64,000 bases of DNA from Caecitellus pseudoparvulus (GCA_965644315.1 CBFFRQ010000086.1:1-64000); one strand, 5' to 3'; positions 47,301 to 58,189 are shown, counted from the first letter of the stretch. Program-made: numbers and translations. Notes: generated by a model from the letters alone, not told the origin.

Positions 47301-50300
47301 CTGTGTCAGTGGAGGGTGCCGAGTTTGACTTGCTGCGGCAGGTGCCGTCCGCTTCCACCAGCGGAGTGCGCTGGAACGAGTGGGCGGCTGATGACGCGCT
47401 AATTGGCCTCGGCATCGCAGCACAGGCGCTTGCCTGCCGAGCTGAGCCGGTCACACCAAGCACGCCCCCCACGCCACAACCTGCCTCAACTGGGTGGCGC
47501 ACCCCAGTCACGCCAGCGCAGGCCTTTGGCATGGCTGCAGCGTGTCTGCGCCAGAGGCGGGCAGCAGTGAGGTGGGCCCACCTCCCGCGTGACTCCTCCC
47601 TGTACACCGCAGCGGTGGCACCCACTCCCGGCACCCCTAAGCCAAAAGGGCGCAAGTCCCAACGCACAGGCCCGGCAGGGGGTTTGGGCTCCAGCACCCT
47701 GCCGGGGTCACAGCAGGCCTGGCCACAGGCGCAAGCGCCGCACGGGGTGCCTCTCGCGACCCCCCTTCCTGCTGTGGAGTTGGTGCGTAGCTCTGCATGG
47801 TTCGTATCTGCGCTCGGTGTCATCGTGCGCCGAGTGACGTGCCGCCAGGCGCCAGGGATCGTGCTGGCAGACATGCCTGGAAGCTGGGCGGAGCGCACCA
47901 TGGTGCAGGCGGCGTGTGGTCGGGGGGCCACGGTGGCGGTGCGCCTGCGCCCAGCTGCGGGGGAAGGCAGCGATGTGGATGATGGCGCCTTGGGCGCCAT
48001 GCTGGGCCCAGGCGCTGCTGTGCCAGCCTGCAGCGTGGCGGGTGTGACAGTGGATGAGCAGGGGTGGCTGCAAGTGCCGGAGGCTGGCGAGGGTGGCGCC
48101 CCTTCTCACCCTCGCACACCTGCTGCCGCAAGCACACCAAAGTCTCGCAAGGGGCCTGCAGCCACTGGCGTCCCCTCTGATCCGCGCAGTGCAGAGGAGC
48201 TGGGTGCAGCCGCCCTCGTGGAGCCGTGGGTGCCTGTACATGGGGAGGGGGAGGCAGGGTCAATGGATGCCCTCCCCCTGTGGCTTCGTGTGGGACCAGA
48301 GGTGCCAGTGGATGCCGAGGGCGTGCCAGACCTTCCTGCAGGGGCCACATCGCTGTGTCAGGCAAGTTCTGACGAACTGGGTCCGCCTGCCGCGGAAACG
48401 TGGGCCATGCTGGGCTCAGGGCGGGTGGTGCGCATGGCAGCGGGAGAGGGTGGCGCTGCGGAGGGCATGGTGCACCCCCACCTGGCAGCGCTGCAGGCAC
48501 TGGAGGAGGTGACGAGCACCGCTGCCACTGCTGCTTCACCGGAGTCCCCCCTGTCCACGCATGTCATTGCGGCAGCCCTGGCAGGCGGTGGGGGCACTGC
48601 GCTGGGGGCTGCCAATGGTGTCGTGCAGGGCGGGGGCCAAGTGGACCCGGGGCTTGTCCTGGGACTGCCGTCTGTCCCCAGTGCGCCAGCGGCCAGCACG
48701 GGGGCTGGGGCTGGGTCCACGCCTCAGGGTCTGCAGCAGCGCCTGGGAGTCACCGTGCCACTGCCTGCGTGGCCCTGGCAGGTGCACGCACCTGCCTTGG
48801 GCCTGGGGGAGGGTGCGGCGCCGTTGGTGGACCCCAGCCCGTTCTCTCCGTCAAAGGCTTCCTCCCCCCGACGATCCAAGAGCGCCAAGAGCCCAAAGAG
48901 CGCCAAGAGCGGGCAAGCACTACACTCGGAAGACTTGGACGATCCGCGCCAAGCTGTGGCCCGCCTGGCCGCCTCACTGCCGAGTGCGTCCGCTGAGGAG
49001 GGTGAGGTAGAGCGAGCCCCCTTGCCATTCTCTGAGCTGCGCCTGGCTGAGCGCCTGTTAGCGACGCAGGACACCCTGGCAGCACGGGAGGCTGAGTTGA
49101 GGGGTGGCGGGGCGCTGCAGCCTGGGCCATGGGCAGGGGCTGGCCCAGCAGGCTCTGTTGGCAGCAGCAAGAAGGGCAGGGGTGGGGCGACTGCCTTCAC
49201 AGCGGCTGCAGAGGTGCAGGAGCCGCCTGCGCGCCGCACGGTGGACGTCGTGGCACCAGCTTTGCACCAACTGGAAGAGTGGGTGGATGACAGCCAGGGC
49301 TGGTTGGACACTTGGTACGCGCTGTGCCAGCGCCACACCAAGTGGCTTGATGGTGCGGGAGGGGGGGCGCCCCCCCTGTCCCCAGCACAGCGCGTGCAAG
49401 GCACACTCATGGCCGCAATTGTGCAACCCTTCGTGGCAGCTGCCAGGAAGGATTTGGCCGTCCCAGCACTGTCCTTGGTGGCCTTGCAGCCTCACCCAAG
49501 TGCAACGCTTTCTACAGAGCAGGGTGAGGTGGCCTGCGACCCCGTGACGGGGCTGCAGCCTTCGGAGTCAGATGGAGCCGTGCAGGTGTCCGAACATGCG
49601 CTGGCAGCTGCAGCAGCTGTTCGACTGCTGGGCGGGGCGCACCCGGCCCTCGCCCTGCCCGGTACTCCGGACGAGCCTGCCCCCCCCACGCCCAAGCGGG
49701 CACCCCCCCCTTCCCCGAAACGCAAGGGTGGGAAGGGCTCCAACGCCGCAGGGTTGCCGCCTGCTGACGAGGCTGTGGGTGCGCTGGGTGCAGCCTGCCC
49801 TGTGGCGATGGTGCCCCCGGCAGATGGTGCCGCCTGGCGGGACACACTGATCGCTGCCGCCGCTGAAGCCATGTCGCTGGGACATCTGCAGAGTGCGGGT
49901 GCGAAGGCTGCCACCAGCCTCATGCTGCACGCAGCAGATGTTCAGGCGGCAACACAGGCACAACTGCCTCCCCAGCGGGCGTGGACTGCCGGTGTCAAGC
50001 CGCCCGCGCCCGTACTAGAGGAAGGCAAGAACGCCATTGCAGAGCTGTCAGAAAGCGAAGAGGAGGGGCCTGGGGGTGCGGACGTGCAGGTGCGTGTGCC
50101 GTTGCCGTCTCCGCTGGGCGGACTGGCAGCGCGGCACTGCGCCCCAGCCACCCGCCAGCTGCAGGCGTCCACGCCCGTGCACGAAGCACTGCTGCACTTA
50201 GTCGCCACCAGTGGTTGGGCAGGGTCACAGCCGGCCTCTGGCCAGTCTCTGGAGGGGCTGTGGCTGCAGGCACTGACGGGCTCCCCCACAGCCCTGGGCA

Positions 50301-53300
50301 CCCTATGCGACCTGCCCAGGCTTCTGCAGCTGTGGTTGGGCAGTGTGCGGCAGGCCCAAGTCATTGCAGAGCGCCTGGCAGTGTGGCGCCGCGTGGAGAG
50401 CGGCTTGCAGGCAGAGCATCTCCGTGCGCGCGCCAGGACATTCCTGTCGCTGTTGCGGGCGCCCTGGCAATGTCTGGAGGACCACCCGTATAGCAAGCAC
50501 TACCGTGGTAGTGCAGGCGCCTGCTCCACGCCTAGCTCGGCAGGCCTCAGCGCCACGGCGGCACTGAAGCTGCGTCAGGCGCACAGTCGCCTGACGCCAG
50601 CACAGCTGGCGGCCACAGCGGGACCACGCGCAGCTCCACCTCCCAAGCCATGGCTACAGCCGGGAAAGACCACCCTCCCGATGCACGGCACTGGCCGCGG
50701 GCCTTGTCGGGGGGAGGTGGCGGTGGATGGGGGGAGCAACGGCCCTACCCACCCTGGAGGGGGCCGCCTCTTGCCGCACGTGCTGGGTCAGCGGGATCCA
50801 CCCCTGTCCCTGCTCGGCACCACATGGGGCACTGGGGGCACTGCCCTGGCCCCTGCCACGCTGTACCGCCCGAGACTGAGCATGCCTCCAGCGCCTGTGG
50901 CTGAGGCCAGTGCCGATGCGGCCGCTGCCGCATCCGGGTCTGACCCCATCCCGCCCATGGCCGGCTCGCCACGATACCCCACCCTCACCTCGCCCGGCCA
51001 GGCTGCCCTGTACGAAGCAGGCCGCCACCTGAATGCCCTGCCTGCTGAAGCGTGGGGGCAGGCACGCGTGCTGGATGCGGCGGGCGCTGTCGTGGATGAC
51101 GCGGTCGCCCAGGTGTGGTCAGAGGTGCAGGATGCGAAGGAGGCTGCGGCAGCCCTCGCGGCAGCCTTCCAGGCAGATGCGTGGCTGGACGTGGCAGAGG
51201 CTCGCCAGTGCGCCTTGGGAGACCTGGCCCTGCAGGCAGCGTTGCAGGTGGTGGTGGATGCGGCAGTGGTGGCTGTCATTGGGACCACCTCCCTGGACGG
51301 GCCCACTCCTTGTGGTGCCAAGGCTGCAGACACTGCGGTGCAAGGCTTGCAGGCGCTGGCAGAGGGGACGGGCGCAGACCTCTTGCCGAAGGCAACTCCA
51401 CCACACGCCCTGCCGGGACACTTGTGTGACGCTGCAGGCAAGGCAGCACGCCGCCTCGCTGACGTTGCTGTGGATGCCTTGGCGCATGAGAAGACACAGG
51501 TGCAAGTGGCTGTGTGGCAGGCGGTACAGGGTGCTCAGCAGTCCCTGCGTGCAGCTGTGCAGGAGTGGTGGGGTGCCCTGTGCACCTTGCGACAGGCCCA
51601 CGCGGCGGTGCAAGAGGACTGCCACCAGTGGCTAGCGGTGTGGACAACGGAGCGCTGCGATGCGCTGGATGCCGTGCGGGACCGCCTGTGTGAGTACCTG
51701 GCGACCGGCCATGACTTTGCAGAAGAACGGGAGCAGGCGGCACGGGCGGCAGCGACGCAGGCGGCGGCAGCGACAGCTCGCCTGCCCGCCGGGCAAAGTG
51801 GCCCGCCCACCGCCTCCACTGGCCAACGCACTCTTTTGCTGCGGGATGTGGCGGAGGTGGCTCGGAGCCAGGTGCACCCAGGCTTATCTGCGGCCAGCTT
51901 GACTTTGCCCAGCCACGACTCCATTGTGTGTCCTTACGGAGTCAGTGCCAGCCGCCCTGGACTCGTGTGGCCGACGGAGGTGACTCCAGGCGCAGATGCC
52001 GCGGTGCAGAGCGCCCTGCAAGCTGCGGCCAGTGTGAACAGCTGCCCAGGGCCCAACTGGGGCACCCGCGCCGGCACGGCTTCCGCTTTTTCTGCCGCTC
52101 AGGCGATGTTGGAGTTGCCCAGCGTGCCGGACTCTGCGCTTGCAAGTCCAGCCTCACCCCGCCCCGTGACTGTGGGCGGCACTGGCGCCAGGGCAGCTTT
52201 CAACCTTCGCCGTCCGCAGGGGGCCAGCGAAAGGGGCGTGGAGGGAACTGCCCCGACGCCTCTGTATGCTGGCCCCCTCTGCCAGGCTTCAGCAGCGCTG
52301 GAGGCGGGGGGCAAGGGATGGCTGTCGGCCTTGCGGAACCTGTGGCTCAACGAAGCGTCAGGGGGGGGTGGGCACGCACACTCGCGGGGCGCCGCCGACG
52401 TAGACAGCGGGGCCGGCGCTCTGGCTACAGCTCCTCTCGGCACCCATGCCCCACTGCCGCTGTCTCAGTCGGCCCGGGTCCAGGCGAGCCGCCTTCGGCA
52501 GCATGCATCCCAGCGTGCCACTATCGCGGGCAGTGCGGGGGGGCGCCGGCGCGGGGATGAGGCACTCTCTGCCACAGGCATGTCACTGGGGGGCGCTGAT
52601 GAGAGCGAGGCTGACGGTCCAGGCGCCTGGGTCACCCTCACCCGGGGCCCCGGCGCTGCTGGCATGCGTGTGCTGGTGCACGGGCAGCCTTGGGTGAACC
52701 TGCCCCAGGCCCTGGCCATGCCTCCGCCAGGCTTGGCCGCTTGGATCGCCGCCGCCTTGGACACCACCCCGGCACTGCACGTCGCTCTGCAAGAGGGCGT
52801 CGCTGCACTGCAGCCGCAGTGCCTGCCAGAAGCACTGTGGGCCCAGGCCGCTGAGGTAGGCGGAAGAGAGGGGGGAGGGGGGCGCCTGACTCTACAGGGG
52901 CTGCTTGGCAGCATCACGCGGCAGGGCGCCACAGCACAGGCAGGGCTGGGGGCTGCAAGTGCACTCCTGTTGGGTTGCGTTGCCCCAGTGGCTGCCTGGC
53001 TTCGAGATGCGCTGGGCGCCTGTGACGACGTGCCTCCCACATGGCATCGCCTCGCCGCTGAGACGCCTGTGGAGCTAGCGACTGCTGTGGAGGGCGCCAT
53101 GCAGGCCATGGCGGAAGCACGTGCCGTTGCACCATGGGGGGAGCTGGGGGTGCCGACACGCATGTTCGCTGCGCTCGCAGCGACCTGCCTGCGACACGCC
53201 GTCGCGCACATCGCCGCCGCCGCTGCGCGCTTCCACACGAGCAAACGCGAGGGCACCCCTGCCCTCGTTCCGGCCAAGACCGTACCGGGACCAGCGGCGC

Positions 53301-54454
53301 TGAGCAAAGCTGTCCTGCGTGCGCTGCTGTGGGCGCTGGCGCAAGGCAGCTTCAAGGCGCCTCCCACGACAGAGCAGGTGCTGGTGATGGCCCGCAGTGC
53401 AGCACTGGCACGCAGTGCACCACAGGAGGGCGACACACCCGTTCCAGCGCCTGCCTTGACCGCGACCCACTTCAACCAGGCTCTCATGTGGTGGGAAGTG
53501 GCCCCACGGCAGGCGCGGGCACACGTGGCTGGGGTCGCTGGCATGCCGCCCCCGCCATCCCCCGCCACGCAACACCAGCTGGCCCACGATCCGCCTGCCG
53601 TCGTGCACGCAGACATGGCCGCTGCGGCCTGGGTGGGGCAGCTGCACCGGGGGCTGCAGCGCACTGCAGGGGCTGCCGGCTCGCCCCAGGCTGCAGCTTT
53701 GGGTGCAGCCTTCACAGCCCAGCTGCACTCGACACGGTGTGCCTGGTCCGCTGCTCTGCGCGGAGCAGTATGGGCGCTGTACAGCTACCCAGGCGAGCGG
53801 CGGCGGTCAGTGCGTGTGGCTGAGGATGAGCATGCCGCATCTACTGGCGGCGCCAGCGGCGCTGGTGGTCTGGTGCTGGACACTCACGCGTTGTTGTGCG
53901 ACGCGGCAGACCTGGTGGGTGGGTTGCCCACCGCCGCCACCCCCCTGGCTCCTGCCGCAGGAGCTGCTCTGTTCACGCCCCAGCCCCGAGCTGCGCCCCT
54001 GCTGCCCTCACTCGGGCCAGTACTGGGCACCCTCCTGGTGCATCCTCGTGGGTGCGGTGCCGTGGAGGAGGGTGAGGCTGCCCCACTGCGCGCCTGGCTG
54101 GCAGCTGTGCGTGGACCTGGGGAAGACTGGACGGCAGCCACATCCAGTGTTGGCGCTGCTGCGCGGCGGGTGCTGGGCGCAGATGCCGTGCCGTGGCAGG
54201 CCCTGGTGCAAGCAGGGGCGGCGTGCTTGGCTGCCTGTGCCAAGCACACCGCCACGGGCGAGCCCGGGGGGGGGCTGGCACCCAAGCGTGCCCCGCTGGC
54301 AGCTGGGCCGCCTCGGGAGTCCCTGGCTGATACTTACACTGCCCTCGCCGATGGACAAGCAGGCAGTGGCGAGGAGGGGGGTGAAGAGTGGGCTGCGCTG
54401 TCGCCGCCGGGGGATGTGTTCGTGGTGTTGCAAGGGACAGGACTGGCGGTATGA
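44369..54454 (+). CDS. SPEF2: SPEF2/CPC1-like flagellar central-pair protein, about 3,360 aa, heavily expanded with Ala/Pro/Gly-rich sequence
   Basis: N-terminal CH-type domain WLQKELGV...SFEVAFASGKLLGKV...RVRNFKKV...GV.LD...DVMTEARGAAVNLL matches the SPEF2 N-terminus. It is followed by a coiled coil and degenerate adenylate-kinase-like segments. Confidence 0.7.
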   Translation: MADQVNRWLQKELGVIPAPLHSFEVAFASGKLLGKVCAALGLLDEEVAGSLEEGASSGARVRNFKKVAGAITASGVALDGRLIKDVMTEARGAAVNLLLRVKDAAEGASEKRSAMLAAAAQRALAGATVRDAAASGTRAKLSEIEAQRTPVEAALAAGVPRKQVLLVARLQKYEQQRVQAERAADEAAALASAAGASSASIMRDAQRAARQVKREWLTQHLAEGEKAWAENQRKFLARQQADLAAELGAAAAAETKAHNAMVRATREARSGIAQMEDTIRRLGAGPGGGPGAAQDEDDGGLNPPPPLDTTQVNPSRARSARAAAGQGGHATPMEVSLRTASAVANPLSWGAMGGRGLPTAGLLPPPSSTHASLAHSQAAASSPEHPTAYFARMEAKAGAHEDKEAASELMATIKDRAAGVAKARRERATRERLTGARAAAMAVEAAQKVAVDREVALYVAQGTALRAEATQAWVARTLKARRVASAAAEAVEADARRAVDTAHALQLAAEAAADAKAARTQRLSAVYAAAAATRQAEAAAAHAEAVATVQHTLQLLVDLAVEASPPPGPSSRGAGGVPPPLPPATWRRLKAEFVSGAIAERGRREKAAAATQAALRANSAAALPTTSLPTALAAGGATTPALPSVLWGRVVGADAVQVLARGELQGAHSKPLPQLAPLGQPPPCPLIEAPQDHARLALQNSTVDSPALSQSPLSRLLQGLALRTEEDAAEGPCGWNRGGTAPAAVQAWARDGEPQWELNRHVGTRGDVDMGGGLTLALAAPPLPLLRPPPSTPPTAIALLGSHQRAILPACKAVAAALALPCLAPGTVVQLAVAASRVAALAHACARRLAEARAAAAHSAIAEWCAAAGGGKGAPTAAALQGQPIDALPGELRATLAAEQGAAVTQLAPDVSSTLDRTQAVLTAVPAALRPALHHLALSALPVALAAVGCIPPLATPGPPGSAPGLSYLGPSQDPAFPVSVEGAEFDLLRQVPSASTSGVRWNEWAADDALIGLGIAAQALACRAEPVTPSTPPTPQPASTGWRTPVTPAQAFGMAAACLRQRRAAVRWAHLPRDSSLYTAAVAPTPGTPKPKGRKSQRTGPAGGLGSSTLPGSQQAWPQAQAPHGVPLATPLPAVELVRSSAWFVSALGVIVRRVTCRQAPGIVLADMPGSWAERTMVQAACGRGATVAVRLRPAAGEGSDVDDGALGAMLGPGAAVPACSVAGVTVDEQGWLQVPEAGEGGAPSHPRTPAAASTPKSRKGPAATGVPSDPRSAEELGAAALVEPWVPVHGEGEAGSMDALPLWLRVGPEVPVDAEGVPDLPAGATSLCQASSDELGPPAAETWAMLGSGRVVRMAAGEGGAAEGMVHPHLAALQALEEVTSTAATAASPESPLSTHVIAAALAGGGGTALGAANGVVQGGGQVDPGLVLGLPSVPSAPAASTGAGAGSTPQGLQQRLGVTVPLPAWPWQVHAPALGLGEGAAPLVDPSPFSPSKASSPRRSKSAKSPKSAKSGQALHSEDLDDPRQAVARLAASLPSASAEEGEVERAPLPFSELRLAERLLATQDTLAAREAELRGGGALQPGPWAGAGPAGSVGSSKKGRGGATAFTAAAEVQEPPARRTVDVVAPALHQLEEWVDDSQGWLDTWYALCQRHTKWLDGAGGGAPPLSPAQRVQGTLMAAIVQPFVAAARKDLAVPALSLVALQPHPSATLSTEQGEVACDPVTGLQPSESDGAVQVSEHALAAAAAVRLLGGAHPALALPGTPDEPAPPTPKRAPPPSPKRKGGKGSNAAGLPPADEAVGALGAACPVAMVPPADGAAWRDTLIAAAAEAMSLGHLQSAGAKAATSLMLHAADVQAATQAQLPPQRAWTAGVKPPAPVLEEGKNAIAELSESEEEGPGGADVQVRVPLPSPLGGLAARHCAPATRQLQASTPVHEALLHLVATSGWAGSQPASGQSLEGLWLQALTGSPTALGTLCDLPRLLQLWLGSVRQAQVIAERLAVWRRVESGLQAEHLRARARTFLSLLRAPWQCLEDHPYSKHYRGSAGACSTPSSAGLSATAALKLRQAHSRLTPAQLAATAGPRAAPPPKPWLQPGKTTLPMHGTGRGPCRGEVAVDGGSNGPTHPGGGRLLPHVLGQRDPPLSLLGTTWGTGGTALAPATLYRPRLSMPPAPVAEASADAAAAASGSDPIPPMAGSPRYPTLTSPGQAALYEAGRHLNALPAEAWGQARVLDAAGAVVDDAVAQVWSEVQDAKEAAAALAAAFQADAWLDVAEARQCALGDLALQAALQVVVDAAVVAVIGTTSLDGPTPCGAKAADTAVQGLQALAEGTGADLLPKATPPHALPGHLCDAAGKAARRLADVAVDALAHEKTQVQVAVWQAVQGAQQSLRAAVQEWWGALCTLRQAHAAVQEDCHQWLAVWTTERCDALDAVRDRLCEYLATGHDFAEEREQAARAAATQAAAATARLPAGQSGPPTASTGQRTLLLRDVAEVARSQVHPGLSAASLTLPSHDSIVCPYGVSASRPGLVWPTEVTPGADAAVQSALQAAASVNSCPGPNWGTRAGTASAFSAAQAMLELPSVPDSALASPASPRPVTVGGTGARAAFNLRRPQGASERGVEGTAPTPLYAGPLCQASAALEAGGKGWLSALRNLWLNEASGGGGHAHSRGAADVDSGAGALATAPLGTHAPLPLSQSARVQASRLRQHASQRATIAGSAGGRRRGDEALSATGMSLGGADESEADGPGAWVTLTRGPGAAGMRVLVHGQPWVNLPQALAMPPPGLAAWIAAALDTTPALHVALQEGVAALQPQCLPEALWAQAAEVGGREGGGGRLTLQGLLGSITRQGATAQAGLGAASALLLGCVAPVAAWLRDALGACDDVPPTWHRLAAETPVELATAVEGAMQAMAEARAVAPWGELGVPTRMFAALAATCLRHAVAHIAAAAARFHTSKREGTPALVPAKTVPGPAALSKAVLRALLWALAQGSFKAPPTTEQVLVMARSAALARSAPQEGDTPVPAPALTATHFNQALMWWEVAPRQARAHVAGVAGMPPPPSPATQHQLAHDPPAVVHADMAAAAWVGQLHRGLQRTAGAAGSPQAAALGAAFTAQLHSTRCAWSAALRGAVWALYSYPGERRRSVRVAEDEHAASTGGASGAGGLVLDTHALLCDAADLVGGLPTAATPLAPAAGAALFTPQPRAAPLLPSLGPVLGTLLVHPRGCGAVEEGEAAPLRAWLAAVRGPGEDWTAATSSVGAAARRVLGADAVPWQALVQAGAACLAACAKHTATGEPGGGLAPKRAPLAAGPPRESLADTYTALADGQAGSGEEGGEEWAALSPPGDVFVVLQGTGLAV

Positions 54455-54560
54455 CGCGCAATGCACAGATTACTCCATCGGGCGTGGGTGTCTGGAACAA
54501 GGCTGCATTTTCGTATGTGTGTGTATGTGTGTTTTGTGTGTGGGCGATTGGGCAGCAGCA

Positions 54561-57500
54561 TCAAAAGGCGCCGCCAGCGCCCCACAAACTGGTCGGTGGC
54601 GTGGACCCCATTGGAGGGCCCAGGTCCAGCGCAGAGCTGGGCAGGAGGGGGCCCAGGTCCAGGCCCCCCGTGTCTTCGGACATGGCGGTGAGGGCGGGGC
54701 TGGTCATGAAGGCTGACAGCTTGGACAGGGGGAGGGCAGGGGAGGTGGTCGCCTTGGCGGGAGGGGGGCTGGAGGTGGTGCTGACTGCACCCCCCAGCAC
54801 CTGCCGCACGGCAGAGGCGACGATGGCGTTCTCGTCTGGCATGGACATGCCCTGCGCCCCTGCCCAGGACACCAGGCCGCCGCCAGGGTGCGAGGCAGAG
54901 GTGGGGGGGCCCGCGCCACCCATGCTGTCCGCTCCCGCCGAGCCAGGGGAGGGGACGAGGGGGTCACCCAGCCCGCTGCCCACTGCCCCTGGCGATGTGA
55001 GGCTCGCGTGAGCCGAGGTGGCCATGGACAGCCCAGTGGTGTTGGAGACATGCATGCCAGTGGAGGCGACACCCGCCGGCAAGGCGGCTGCCGCCCACTG
55101 TGGCGCGTCGGGGGGGGGCGCCTCCACGGCTGCCTGGCGGATGCTGGTGCTGTCCAGCAGGCACGTCAGGACGCCGTCGTGGTTCGCGCGGGCGTGCTGG
55201 TCCAGGGCGCCCTCCAGGACGGGAGGGGGCAGGCTCACGGCACACCAGTGCAGGGCTGCCAGCAGTGCGGACAGGACATCCTCCGCTCCCCCCACGCTGG
55301 AGAGGTGGCCGGAGGGCGGCGACTTTGGCGTGCCCCCCTCCTCCTCCTGGCCCCGCACGCGGCCGTTCTGGGTGTGGGCCGCCAGCGCAGCGGCCGCACG
55401 CAGCGAGACACCAGCCGTGCCGGTGGTACCACGGCCCCCTGCGTGGGCCAGCTCCTGTGGCGTGGGGCTGGCGCCACGGCTGGTCCCAGCCTCGGGCTCC
55501 GTGGCCGTGTGCGGGTTGCACACCCACGCCGCGGCTCGCCACAGGGGCAGCGGCTGCAGCATGCCCACCTGCCCCATGAGCAACAGGTGCAGGACAGTCA
55601 GGCCGGCAAACACGCCCCGTGGGATGGACAGGGTGAGGGAGGTGGCGGAGGCGTCGCCCCAGGTCGCTGCCGCCGCCAGCAGTTGCTCTGACGCGGCTGT
55701 GGCCGACGCCACCAGCTGCAGCAGCTCGGCGCCGTTGTGCAGGAGTGCTTTGGCGACGGGGGAGGCAGCGGGGACACCGCCCCGGGAAGAGGCCACGACT
55801 GCCGCGAGACCGGGGTCGGACTCGGGGGTGCCGCCGCCACCGCCACCTGCGGCAGACGCGTGGGGTGTGGAGGCAGCTGCCGGCGGCGGGGGGCCACCCC
55901 CTGACCCCACCAGGGCCTGAGCGTGGGCCAGGTAGGCTGCCAGGCGGCGCATGGCCAGGCCCATGGTGCGGCGGTTCTGCAGGCGGCGCAGGAGGGTGGC
56001 GCGCTGGGAGGGTTGGGGCAGGGCGCTGCCGCCCCGCGAGCGCTTCTGGCCACCGCCGCCCACTGCGGGGCGCAGGCCGGCGTGGTCGTGGCCCAGCACG
56101 CCCGTGACGGGGCTGCCGTGCCGCGCAGTGCTCTCGCCGGCGCAGTGCAGACGTCGCACGGCGACGAGGTGTGCGGCCAGGGTGTTTGCGTCGCGCCACA
56201 GGGCCCCCAACCACGTCGTGGGGGGGGGCGGGGCCTCCTGCTGCGCCTGAGCCTGCTGGGGTGCCTGCGCAGGCGGCTCAGGGGAGGGGGCGCCCATGGG
56301 GGGGGGTGTCGTGGAGCTCTGGGGGTCCCCTGTGGGGGGCGAGCCCGCCCCCTCAGGCACGGACGTTGGCGTCGCCGACCATGTCCTGGGCGCCGATGCG
56401 CCGTGCGTGGCCTCGGCCTGGGGCGTGCCTGCGTCGGGGATGGTGGAGGGGAGGGGGGCGAGGGGGGGCATGCCGGGCCCGGAGGGGGGTGACGGCGCCA
56501 CCGAGCGGGGGGGTGGGCCGTCTTCCGGTGTGCAGGCTCGCTGCGCCGGGTGCAGGGGGGCAGCCACGGCGCCGCCTGGCCCCGGCACCCACGTCTGCAG
56601 GCACATGCGGAAGGGGCCGTTCTCGCAGCCTTCGTGGAGGAGGAAGGTGTTCCGGGGAGATGCCGTGCTGCAGGCGTCGTCATCCTCCTCCTCGTCGTCG
56701 TCGTCATCCTCCACGTAAGCCACAGCCTCCTGCCCCCCCTCATGCGAGCAGGAGGGGGGTGGCAGGGGGGGGTCCTCCCCTCGGCTCAGTCGGCGACGAC
56801 GCTTGGTGCGGGGGCCAAGCCCCCCCTCAGCGTCAGGCGCATCCCCCTCCGCCTCCGCCCCGCCATCGCATCGACGGCGGCGCTGCAGGAGGGGAGGGCC
56901 ACTGCCTGCCTCGGAGTCAGTGGGGCTGTACGTGCCCTCCCGGGGCGCCAGGCACGCCGAGTCACTCGCCAGCACGGGGCGCAAGGCAGGGTACCAGTAC
57001 TCGGGTGCAGCCAGGGACACGACATGTGCCTCGGGAACTGTCACGCGCGTGCTGCGCTTGCGGCTCCGGGGGGCACGGCGGCCCCGCTGGCCAGCGATCT
57101 TCTCAGCTGGACGGGCGGAGGGCAGCCCTGTGGCAGGGGCGTGAGGCGTGGCGTGGCCGCTGGGCGTCAGCTCCACCGTCACCCGCTGAGCAGACGTGTC
57201 GTGCAGGGTGACTGTGCCAGTGTGCCACTGTGCAAGGGCGGCGCGAGGGCGTGCGTGCATGCGGGCGTGCGTGGCGGCGTGGTGGCGTTGCACCGGAACC
57301 AGCCCTGCGGGAAACGAAACGCGGCCGGAGAACACCTGCGTCACTCACCGTCGGGCGAAGGCTCTTGCCCACACGGGCATACACAGCGACGGGCACGCCA
57401 GGCTCCAAGGGAGCAGGCACGGCGTAGGGGAAGCCCTCCGCGTCGTCCTCTGGCACGGCGTGATTGTGCACTGCCGAGACGGTGTTGCGGAATTTGGCCA

Positions 57501-57996
57501 GGCGCTGCCGCTCCTGGGACACAAAAGCGTGCGAGAAGCGGCGCTGCCGGCGAGCCGTTCGGCGCAAGGCACGCCATTCACTGCGCTTCAGCTTTTGGCC
57601 CTGAAGAAAGCGGGGGGGCGGCGCAGCACGGCAGGGTGAGCAGGTGCCCGACAGCGCCAGCCCTGCGACGGGAACGCACCTCCGGCACACATGCGACGGT
57701 GGTGGCCCACTCATCGAACTCGCGGCGCTGGAAGAACGCCCTGTCCACGGTGCTGTAGGCGAAATCCAGCATGTACTTGCGCGCGGCGCCTGCGCTGCCC
57801 TCCAAAGCTCGCGCTAGGAATGCCTTTGCCCTCCTGCGCAATCACCGCAAATCGAGGGGTGCACAGCCCAGCCTGCCGCCCAGCCGTGGCGTCCCCCAGC
57901 CACACCCTGCCACCCTACTCACGATGTGGGCATTTCCTGGCCAGTGAGCGCCTTGCGCTGGCCCTCGGGGGCCTCGGGGGGTGAAACCCGCTCCAT
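54561..57996 (-). CDS. LIN9: LIN9/ALWAYS EARLY-like DIRP-domain protein (DREAM/MuvB complex); 4 exons
   Basis: DFAYSTVDRAFF...EF, KLKRSEWRALRR...RRFSHAFVSQERQRL..FR (DIRP) and Tudor-like P.PLEPG.PV...WHTGTV. Introns at 57834-57922, 57601-57679 and 57228-57348 restore the frame. Confidence 0.8.
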
Positions 57997-58189
57997 GTTG
58001 TTGCACAAATTGCGCTGTGGGCCGTCCCAGCTGCAAAACAGCTCAGGCCCTCCGTGGGCAGCCCTGGGGCATGCCGCCGTGGACACTGGATTAAGATGTT
58101 GTATATGTCGATGGGGGGCGGGGGGAAAATCGTGAGGATCGCTGGAGTCTGCCGCCCTGTCGCAAGTGCACGCCCACACACGCACTGGC

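Noticed and set aside
54510-54545. TG-rich tract between convergent SPEF2-like and LIN9-like genes
   Set aside because: Short imperfect microsatellite-like 3'UTR sequence; nothing specific is supportable.
57336-57348. Apparent 13-nt micro-intron GTGAGTGACGCAG in LIN9
   Set aside because: The same donor with the acceptor at 57228 gives a normal 121-nt phase-0 intron that joins the Tudor-like strands properly.
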